This document shows, in pieces, positions 1 through 8,899 of a stretch of DNA of 64,000 nt (position 1 is the stretch's first letter; each line of letters opens with the position of its first letter). The notes beneath the pieces are model-generated. The model saw only the letters and a list, made by a program, of their open reading frames with translations. It was not told the DNA's origin and made no database searches. The position numbers were made by a program, and so were the translations under genes. The DNA is from Podarcis bocagei (Eukaryota), in the NCBI GenBank assembly GCA_964188305.1, contig OZ076892.1, one strand, 5' to 3'.

Positions 1-270
1 CACTGGCGGGGTTGAAATAACTCTAACAGCGGGAAAGGCCTATGTAAAAGAGTTAAAAAGTACGCGACTATATAATTTATTCGATACTTACCAAAGGAAT
101 GGAGGGAAGTCCAAGGCTCAGTTGAGACTAACTCAGTTATATATTTTATCTATGATTTGTGAAGTGGATATAATTTGTATAAGGTATGTGGTGGATTTTT
201 TGTTTATGTTTTTCCTGTATATATGTGCAAATATGAATAAAAATTTATGGAAATATATATATATATATAA
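1..270 (+). mobile_element. 3' end of a LINE (L1-like 3'UTR), cut off by the window edge
   Basis: T-rich UTR-like sequence with AATAAA at about 236-241 followed by an A/TA-rich tail. Confidence 0.45.
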
Positions 271-394
271 TTAAGTGCTTTGCATGCAGAAGCTCCTAGA
301 TTCAATCCCCAGCATCTCCGGGCATACTGTATTTACAGGAGGAAAACAGGGCAGTTGCCCAGGGTGGCAAATTAAAGGAAGAGGCATTGCATTT

Positions 395-472
395 AATCTG
401 TTGGGAGCCGCCCAGAGTGGCTGGGAAACCCTGCTGGATGGGTAGGGTATAAATATATTATTATTATTATTA
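395..472 (+). mobile_element. L2-family 3' tail fragment
   Basis: gagccgcccagagtggctggg...gatgggtagggtataaat followed by (att)n, the typical lizard L2 terminus. Confidence 0.65.
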
Positions 473-997
473 CCACCTCCCCACTGCCCTGCAAGATAGC
501 TGCGTGAAGAGCACCTGAAGTGGTCAGAGGCCACACTGAGAGTGTCACTCAAAGGGTAGTTGCCCTTGAGCAAACTCCTCTCCTCAGAAGGAGGCGAGAA
601 GAAGGGCAGAAGGGCCTCCCATCCCCCATGCCCTTTGAGCCACACCAGCTGCATGCAGCCCCTGGACTGGTTCTTACTCTTGGCAAGAAGGCTGCCATCA
701 TGCACTGCAAGAGACAGTTCTGTGCACACCTTATTTCAGAGGCAGCAAACCTTTTCTGCTTGGGACAGAAGACAGAATAAATACATCACTGTATCCAGGT
801 AGAGGTGGGAAAGAATCCCCAGAGACCTGCTGTCAGTCATGTAGATACTCCTGAGCTATATGGACCAATAGTCTGATTTAAGATTAGGCATCTTCCTACA
901 TCCTGGCAGTCCTCCTTTGGACCTCCATTTTAGAACAAAAAGTTGTCTTTAATGCTTCTTCTTATTGGGCCAACATCTATTGGTGTATCACTGAGAC

Positions 998-1127
998 CAG
1001 GTGCACGGAACCTTTGGCCCTCCAGATGTTGCCAAACTGCAACTCCCATCAGCTCCAGAAAGCATGGCTGAAGACCAAGGATGGTGGGAGTTGTAGTTCG
1101 GCAACAACCTGAGGCTCCGCACATCTG
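998..1127. mobile_element. Palindromic hAT-type MITE (common squamate 'ggactacaactcccatc' family)
   Basis: Internal inverted arms caactcccatc / gtgggagttgtag. Related copies at about 1760-1860, 14417-14540, 16850-16900, 24233-24361, 40715-40805, 45785-45913, 52745-52882 and 60368-60422. Confidence 0.65.
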
Positions 1128-2263
1128 GTCTAGGCAAGGAGTTTTGTGTTACTCAAAAGCTACAGACATTGGTTCAGTTATAACAGAGAGCTTTGTCTTG
1201 CTGGGATCCTGCCAAGATACGCCACCCAGAAGAGCCTCTTTCTCATGCTTCATTGGGAGAACCCTTTTTTTTATTAACAAGATTTATCAGGTGCCTTTCC
1301 AAAAGATCAAGTCAACACACAGCAATTCTGTAAATATCATATTAAAATGCATGATTTGTTCAGGTGTAAGTGGTAGAACTCATCTGCTGTGGCATTTAAA
1401 CACAATTACTTCCAACTACAGACTTTTCTTTTATAACAAACAAAAAAAAATAGATGTGTGATTAAATCCCACAGGGCATTTAACTATGACCGAATGTATT
1501 AAGGTCCAGAGCTGAAAAAACACTCAAATTTCAAGCAGTGCATCCCCCCCCCCAATTTCTTAGTACCTGGTTGCTGAGGTTTTTTAAGCTGCTGAGTAAT
1601 TGCTAGAACACAAAACTCCCAAGACCAAGTCTCTTATTCATCCAATAGCTCTGAATCACCACTATTTATCAGTCTGCCCTACCTCATAGGGGTGTCATGA
1701 TAAATGTCAGCAACAGGAGTGGGAGAAAGAAAAAGCACACTCATACTCATTCACAGCCTCCCCAGGTGCTCTGGACCCCCACTTCTGCCAACACAGACAA
1801 TGGTGAGGGATGATGGGAGTTGTAGTCCAAAACACCTGGCAAGGTAGTTTTTGGTGATCTTTAAGGAGCCCTTTGCTCCCAGGGAGAAAGTGGCACATGA
1901 AAAGTAAATCAGCAGCAAAAACCACCAAACTGAAGCAACAAATTGCTCTGTTCATAAGAAAATGAGGAACAGCATCACATTTGTAAAGCTTTGCAGCCAG
2001 TTAAAAATTTAGCAGCCACTTCCAAAAAAAACTGTGCCCAAACTTCCCTATGGTTTACAGAGGGCCCTGAGCGAGACAGCTGCGATGCAAGACAGAAAGG
2101 ATCTAAGCTTGGAAAAGTCAGGGGGAAATGTTTTCCTCCCTTGCAACGTTCAGCAACTTGTCTCCAGAAATGGGAACATGCCAGGATATTAAATGAAGAT
2201 GCTGTCCAGAGCTATAGAGCCATTCTGCCATAAGAAGGATTGATGGCAACATAACAGCAAACG

Positions 2264-2360
2264 ACTCACCCAGCCCTTCTGCTGGGACTGCTTATTTTAT
2301 ATTATATATTTTATAGAGAGATATAAATGGAAAGGGCCCTCCTACATGCAACAGCAGCCA

Positions 2361-2405
<45 letters not shown>

Positions 2406-2604
2406 CAGACCGATAAGCCAGGCATGCAAGCTCTCTGAAGGGACATGCCGCCACCTCTTCCTACACGCTCCGGCCATAACCTCAAATACAAAACTTATTT
2501 TTAAAATGAACACAGGAGAGGACTCCAAAGCATTTCACTCTGTTCAAGCAAAATCCCCACCCCCACCCGCAATCAGGAACAGCTGCCATATTTGGGTGGG
2601 AATG
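2264..2604 (-). promoter_or_regulatory. Candidate muscle-type internal promoter/enhancer with splice donor
   Basis: E-box CAGCTG 2580-2585, CArG CCATATTTGG 2586-2595, MCAT GGAATG 2599-2604, CACCC boxes about 2556-2568, MEF2-like TTATTTTTAA 2495-2504, minus-strand CTATAAAA 2316-2309, donor TGG|GTGAGT at 2270/2269. Confidence 0.45.
2362..2402. repeat. (AC)n microsatellite, about 20 units
   Basis: Seen directly in the sequence. Confidence 0.97.
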
Positions 2605-3268
2605 ATCCAGAAACCAGAGACAGGTTTAGTGGGGGAGGCTTAAAAACGCAAAATCCAGCCTTAACAACCGCCTCGGCAGAAAATACTTGGAAGCATAGCA
2701 TAGAGCTTCAAATACAGAACGCGGAGAGGATGCCAGAGCGCTGGCTGGCTAGCTCTCACTTGGACAAAGGCGCAAACCTTTCCCTGATTCAGAGAAGCAA
2801 AAGCAGCAGGAGGAGGAAAGACTGGAGGGCAAAAGAAAAGGGAGGGCAGACACTAACTGCCTTGCAATAGGAGGGCCAGCATGTGGCCCTTTTCCTCACA
2901 CCAGCCTTCCCCAACATGGCACCTTCAGGATGCACTGACCTACAACTCCCGTCAGCCCCAGTCAGCACAGCCATACTGTAGTTCAAAAAATCTGGATGGT
3001 GCTACACTGGGAAGGGCCATTTTTAGACAGTAAATATGTGAGGGGAGGGGAGGGAGGTCTACCTCTTCCCACTCTTCATCTTAAGACTCTTACCAGATGC
3101 AGAAATGGATGGCTTGACAAAAGTACCTTCTTCCCATCTAGACCAATGAAAAGTTTTTGTGAACTTAAAAGCTTCTGTACCATTTTGTGACATTTGAGTT
3201 CGCCCAACAGAGAAACTAAATGTGTGTGTGTTTGGGGTGGAGAATGCCAGTCGGTGTTCCTATTCACA

Positions 3269-3480
3269 GGAGTCAGTGTGGTGTAGTGGTTAGAGTGCTG
3301 GGAAATCAGGCTTCAAATCCCCACTCAGCCATGATGCTCACTGGGTGTGGTCTTGGGCCAGCCACTCACTCTCAGCCTAACCTACCTCACAGGGTTATTG
3401 TGATTAAGAAATGGGGAGAAGCTTGTAGGCCGTATTGAGCTTCCTGGAGAAAGGTGGGATATAAATGGAATGAATGAATG
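3269..3480 (+). mobile_element. MIR-like CORE-SINE
   Basis: tRNA-like head gtggtgtagtggttagagtg...ttcaaatcccc, core ctcagcctaacctacctcacagggtt, (gaat)n tail. Other copies at about 26495-26640 (+) and 53335-53540 (-). Confidence 0.75.
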
Positions 3481-5223
3481 AGTGAATTTGGAAGCAAGTC
3501 CTGCAGAATTGCCCAGAAAATACACAGAATTCATCTGTTTGTTATTCTCTGCTTCCCTGCCCTCCTAATGATGCTACCAGGCTCTCATTTACAAGATGCT
3601 TCTCTCAAGACCCATTTCTAGTATCCTGTTCCCATTCTTCATGGTAAACCTGCTGACCTCTTTCTCCTACCTAACAGCTGGTTTATATTTTATCCAAGTG
3701 CAAATGCAACACACACATACACACTTGCAATAAATGTATCATGCAGACACACCAATTAGAAAGCCAGGAGAAGTCATGGCTTCTTGCCTAATGTACTTGC
3801 CCGTTCCCCCATCATGGCTAAAGTGAGAATGGAGGATTAGATCAGGAAAACAAGAGAGGGTGAGTGAGTGGTGGCGGCTAAACACTCTCTCCCTAGTGCA
3901 GTTCCAACAATCCAGTTTGGGGGCTCACAGCTGCTTTGCACCATATTAAAAAGTGGGAGGTCCTATCTCATACCCAGCAGCACAACATTTCGTTTGGCAA
4001 TGACCTCTCATAGCTTCTCTTCTCCCCTGTAGAACCAACCATGGCAACAGCTAAGAACACCTTCCATATACTTCCCTGGCTGTTTTGACCCTGGCGTGTT
4101 GAGCAAATATCTCCCACTCTGGGCACCATAGAACTGAGAATGTTTCCTATCAAATAGCTCTCTCTCCTCAGATAGCTCTCTCTCCTCAGACTCAGCTGGA
4201 CAGACTAAACCCAGAGCGATAATTCATGTCAGTTTGGCTTAGCTTGGCATCCCCTGCTCCCCCCCCCCTTTCTTCCTAATTACAGGTCTGAACTGTACAG
4301 TCTTGGCTGTGGGTGCTACAATTTTTCACTGAGAAAAACTCAGCCTTTTGCCCACAGTTGGAGACTGTTTTCCACATGTGAACTGAACACTACATCATAG
4401 CCCTTCTCAAGCCTCTGGCTACTTCTGCTTTTCTTGTTTTTGAAATGTGCAACTGTCTGAAGCGTGAGAAATTGCAACCAAGCCAAGTTCCTAGGCAGGG
4501 GGGTAGGGGGGAAAAACCAACGTCATGACAGTTTAAAAAGTACAAAAAACTAGCTTAGCTTGGTTGACAACTGTCAAAATCAGTATCCAAAAGAAAACAA
4601 TGCCCTTTTATAGATGTTTGGTGCTGCAAACAGACTTGGCACAAAAGCTTCTCTTTTCCAAACCCTTTCTTTACTTGGAGATTTAAATAAAAAGTTTTCA
4701 GCAACTTCTTTTCTTCTCTACGGATTCGAAAGAGCCTTGACTAGGCAGTTGGTTGGTTTTTATCATTTATGTAATGTTGTTAGCCGGAATTTGCCTTATA
4801 CCATTTCCCTCTTAGCAACACATTTTCCCATCTATGAGCTCTGCAGCTACCCACACTTAATCACAATCTTTCAGAAGAAAATGTATAATTTGCTTCTGAG
4901 TGCATGAACATAATGCTACTTGAATAAGTCAGTTCAAGACACTGAATATTTTTACGTAAGCAAGATAATGACAGGTTTGTTCTTGTTTGAAACCCTCCCC
5001 ACACCTGAAAAGAAAAAGAAACCCACCAACCCAACACTGTTTCTATCAAGACCATTAAATCTGCCTACAAAATGTAACCCCCTTTCAAAGGGAAGGAGAA
5101 GCCAAATTTTAACAAAAGGGGAAAAAAGTCAGGCATGCTTTGTACTCCAAATTACATCAGTCAGTCAACAATGGATTAACTCCTCACTTCCTCCCCAACT
5201 CCCTTCCTACAAAAAAAGTAATT

Positions 5224-8200
5224 TTATGTCTGATATGGCAGCGTGTGGGGACCAGGGGAAACAAATACCTCATTATCTGGAACCAATCCATCCGTTTCAG
5301 CAGGAGGCCCTTCAGCAACGAGGGAAGAAAAGGAGGTACTTTCTGAGTCTGGCACAGCAGAGGTCAGCTCCTCCTCTCCACTTGCAGGTGCTGCAGAAGA
5401 GGGCAGCTGTGCTGTGCTGCAAACTGTATCCCACACTGCTCCAGGTGCCAGAGAGAAACCAACTTCTGGTGGCTCTGGCACACCATCTGCACCCAATGGC
5501 ATAGAGATGGCAAGGCCTTTAATCGCTTGGGCCACCTGAACAGGCTCCTTGGTGGAGGTGGGCATTGTGGCATTGGCCAGCTCTTCCAGAGCAGGCCGTT
5601 CCTCTCTACTTAGAGGCATATTTTCCAAGGAGAATGGCACAGAAGCAGAGGACATCTCCTCTGCATTTGGTAAGAATGGTATCAGGTCCTCTGCTTTGGG
5701 CTCCGAAGTGACTCCTGGAAGACCATCTTGACCACAAACTTCTTTATACCTGGACATGCAGGCAGCATCCACAACAGGCCCCTCTGCCTCTGGGGTTGAA
5801 GCAAGTGAGGATGGCAAAGGCAGGGTGGAACATGTTACAGCTGCTGGACCATCAGTGATGGAAGGCCCCACTCCAGTAGAAGGAAAGGGGTCAACAAGCT
5901 TCTCTGGGCTATCTGGAGGGGCATCAAGAGTCTTGTCACTAGGGAGGGGACTGACAGAAGCAGATTCCTCTCCAAAAGAAGAGGCCAAGTCTTCTGAACT
6001 GGGCTGTGCAGCAAACAAATCTTCAACAAAAGCTTGTGAGTTGGTACACACAAACTTGGCACTACATTCCTCATCCTTTGTTATCTCACTGTCCCTGCTC
6101 TGCCCAAAAAGGAACTCCAAGTCTCCAGGTTCCAAGCAATATCTCTTCTCTTCCACTGGGCTGCCTTTGGCTGCTGCTCCCTGCTCAACTACCTCTGGTG
6201 TTTCCTCCTGGAGAAGGGCTGCACTTGCTGACACCTCTCCATCACACAGCAGCCTTGTTAAAGCCTCAGGTTGACATACAGCCTTCAAGTTCTCAGAGGA
6301 GCCTACATGTTTTAGAGGCTCCTCAGAGTCCTGCAATGCAAACTCCCTTTGTGAAGGCACCCAGGAACTATCTACATCCTCTATGTCACTAACGTGGCCC
6401 CCACAAAGGAGGTTTTCTTTATCCAGTTCTGCAACTTCATCCTCAGAAACCAGCTCTGGGACATCCCAGTTGGAGAAGTCAGTCCTTTCTGATGGGTTGA
6501 GCTCATCGCAAGCCTGCAGCTCTTTCCCCATAGCACTCATCATCTCTTTTGCCAAGTCAAAATCTGGTTGGGAGTCCAGCTCCTCAGCAGTTGTGGCAAG
6601 TTCATCATGGCTCGGGGATGCCTCCTTTGCTCCATAGCAAATGACAGGCTGCATTTGCTGCTGCTCATTTTCTCTGCCTATGGCAAGAACATGGATGCAA
6701 GGAGGTGGTTCTCTACAGCAAGGGAAATCAACTGAAGCCACAGGTTCACCCATGGCAAAGTCCAACAATCCTTTGACCCTCTGGCTTTCTGCAGGGTCAT
6801 GACCTGCCAACAGTTCTGCCCCATACTCCTCTATCTGACTAACTAAGGATGAGAGTGATTGTTGGGATACAGCATCTTTTTCAAGCGGAGGACTGGAAGA
6901 CGTCACCTTTTCAGAGTCACCAGAAGTTTCCCGTTCAGAGTAGCACTCTGAAAGGGTAGCTTCTGCTGTACTTACTGCTTGAGAACCACATGTGGCATCA
7001 AAGTCCTCCAGATCTGAGACCACAGCAGAGTCTGCCATGCTGACTTCAAGGTGAGTCAAGGGCTGGGAGGCTCCCGCCAAGTCCTTCTGCATGTCCAGCC
7101 CTTCTGAACACTGATTAGCATCCTGTACCTCCAGATCACCTGGAGCCACTCCATCCCCTCCTTCTTCGACCATGCAAAGCTTTTCTAGTTCAAGGAACAT
7201 CTGCACAGAATCCGTGTCAGAGAACTGCTCTGGGGCAAGAGAGATGGCACAGGCTTCTAGGCCAGAAGCAAATTCCTCCTCTTCAATTTCGGCTGCTACA
7301 GCTTCAGCATTGCAGGCACCAGCCTCCTCCTCCTCCTCAAGAGTAGCGTTTAAGTCTTGGTGCGTTTCCTGGGGAACGAGAGCAGAGTTGACAGCTCGCA
7401 GCTGTGAGTCATCCCACAGCTCTTGCCAGTGAGATGGGTGGTTAGAGGTCCCTTGGACACCAGCAAAACTCTCTACAGCTTCCGTAAGTGTCACGGCTGG
7501 AACACTTAATTGTTCCTTTTCTTCAGAAATATCTGTCAAGTAACAACTTCTTTTCTCAGCAGCCTTCCCTGACAGCAAGCCTTCCTCCCACTCCTCCCCA
7601 GCCTCCATCATGATCAATCGCTCATCCTCCTCAAACCTCAGCTCCGACTCAGTCTTTTCCCGGAGGTTGGGGGCGATGAGAATGCTCATCCCTGGGTCCA
7701 GGAGCTCTTCACTCAGGCAAGGAGACAGTGGCACTGTTTCTATGACACAGTCTGTGTTGTCTGCCTCCAAGGTGTCATGATGCCCACTGCCAAGGCCTGC
7801 TCTGATGGCATTTTTCATCACCCTTGGCCACGTGGCGCTCGAGAGCCTGTGGTCCCGCCGCCTGCCGCCGGTCAGGTCAACTACCATGTCCTCTGGTCCC
7901 AGAAGAGGCTGGCACTCATCCTGAGACAACTCACAGAAGGCTTCGCTTAGCTGCTTCACTTCCTGAATTTCTGGAACTCCAGACAGTTTGGGAATGTGCT
8001 CCAGGGTCAACGGTTCTGACATGCATTCCCCCTGGTCGGACTGCCTAGGGCTCTCTGCCAACATGGCAGTGGACTCCTGCTTCTCTTGCAAGGATGGGTT
8101 AGAAACTCCAGCTTCTGAGACTTCACTCAAGGAGGCCTCAATTCTCTCAGCAAACTCGGGGAAATTGGGTGGCATAAAGGACTTCCATGACCGCCTGTTG

Positions 8201-8580
8201 ACATTCTCCTTCTTCTCTGGGTTTGGCCGCCGCCTTGGGGGTGCCGGTGCTGACTTGGAGACATCACTGCTAAGTTTCAAGGCATCAAAAATGACCCTCT
8301 CGTCTAACTTTTTGCTCTCGGGTGCCTTTGATTCAAAGACACTGGGTGCCCCTAAAGTCCCATTGCTAGAGATTGTGCTGCCATCCCCTTTTTCAAGGGT
8401 ACTCTTGGAAGGCTGGCTAGTCTTGGACCCCTGATCAATTTGCTCATTTATCCTCATGGTGTCGTAGATGGACCTCTGAGGGACGTAACAGTCTTCTATA
8501 TACCCATCCTCATCCTCTCCTTTCCCCAAGCAAGCAGGACTCTGCCTTAAACAGTCAGGCCTGCTGAGTGGCTTGCCCAT
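5224..8580 (-). CDS. KIAA0754: KIAA0754-like single-exon ORF nested in the MACF1 intron (1118 aa from MGKPLS; acidic, mostly disordered); internal phase-0 donor at 5269
   Basis: Uninterrupted 3.36-kb ORF with a strong Kozak context (aagtATGG). The N-terminus MGKPLSRPDCLRQ...YVPQRSIYDTMRINEQIDQG and the position in this intron match what I recall of KIAA0754. The ORF-track start at 8652 is a TTG. Confidence 0.85.
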   Translation of the reverse strand: MGKPLSRPDCLRQSPACLGKGEDEDGYIEDCYVPQRSIYDTMRINEQIDQGSKTSQPSKSTLEKGDGSTISSNGTLGAPSVFESKAPESKKLDERVIFDALKLSSDVSKSAPAPPRRRPNPEKKENVNRRSWKSFMPPNFPEFAERIEASLSEVSEAGVSNPSLQEKQESTAMLAESPRQSDQGECMSEPLTLEHIPKLSGVPEIQEVKQLSEAFCELSQDECQPLLGPEDMVVDLTGGRRRDHRLSSATWPRVMKNAIRAGLGSGHHDTLEADNTDCVIETVPLSPCLSEELLDPGMSILIAPNLREKTESELRFEEDERLIMMEAGEEWEEGLLSGKAAEKRSCYLTDISEEKEQLSVPAVTLTEAVESFAGVQGTSNHPSHWQELWDDSQLRAVNSALVPQETHQDLNATLEEEEEAGACNAEAVAAEIEEEEFASGLEACAISLAPEQFSDTDSVQMFLELEKLCMVEEGGDGVAPGDLEVQDANQCSEGLDMQKDLAGASQPLTHLEVSMADSAVVSDLEDFDATCGSQAVSTAEATLSECYSERETSGDSEKVTSSSPPLEKDAVSQQSLSSLVSQIEEYGAELLAGHDPAESQRVKGLLDFAMGEPVASVDFPCCREPPPCIHVLAIGRENEQQQMQPVICYGAKEASPSHDELATTAEELDSQPDFDLAKEMMSAMGKELQACDELNPSERTDFSNWDVPELVSEDEVAELDKENLLCGGHVSDIEDVDSSWVPSQREFALQDSEEPLKHVGSSENLKAVCQPEALTRLLCDGEVSASAALLQEETPEVVEQGAAAKGSPVEEKRYCLEPGDLEFLFGQSRDSEITKDEECSAKFVCTNSQAFVEDLFAAQPSSEDLASSFGEESASVSPLPSDKTLDAPPDSPEKLVDPFPSTGVGPSITDGPAAVTCSTLPLPSSLASTPEAEGPVVDAACMSRYKEVCGQDGLPGVTSEPKAEDLIPFLPNAEEMSSASVPFSLENMPLSREERPALEELANATMPTSTKEPVQVAQAIKGLAISMPLGADGVPEPPEVGFSLAPGAVWDTVCSTAQLPSSAAPASGEEELTSAVPDSESTSFSSLVAEGPPAETDGLVPDNEVFVSPGPHTLPYQT

Positions 8581-8899
8581 ACTTTTCAAAACAATAAAAG
8601 AAAACAGAACAGAATAGAATGGGGGGACCCGCAAAGAAGAGTCCCACAACAAGCAAAAAAAAAACCGCTCCCCTGCCTCACAAGCTCTCCATTCAAAGCA
8701 AAAAGAAATAGATTACGGTGGAGCAGGGTGTCTTTTAAAAATCCCTAATAACGACTTGGGAGGCCACAATTTTGTATTCCACAGAAGTTACAGAGCTTTC
8801 CAGAGAGAAGTCATCTTCCACCGTGGAAGTCCTTGAAAGAGGCAAGGCATTCCATGGCTCCTGCGGAAACGCTAGCAGTCCAAGGCCAACACATAAAGC

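Noticed and set aside
3269-3330. tRNA-like sequence
   Set aside because: SINE head: no complete cloverleaf, and it continues into a CORE-SINE body
4155-4190. Short perfect tandem duplications (also about 30776-30806, 36892-36915, 40534-40561)
   Set aside because: Ordinary slippage or repair duplications with no functional signal
4920-8434. Plus-strand ORFs antisense to KIAA0754 (and similar ones opposite the MACF1 exons)
   Set aside because: Ser/Leu/Phe-rich shadows of Glu/Gln/Lys codons on the coding strand
8581-8652. ORF-track N-terminal extension MLWDSSLRV... with a hydrophobic stretch
   Set aside because: Starts at TTG, and the hydrophobicity simply reflects a T-rich tract; the ATG at 8580 has a strong Kozak context
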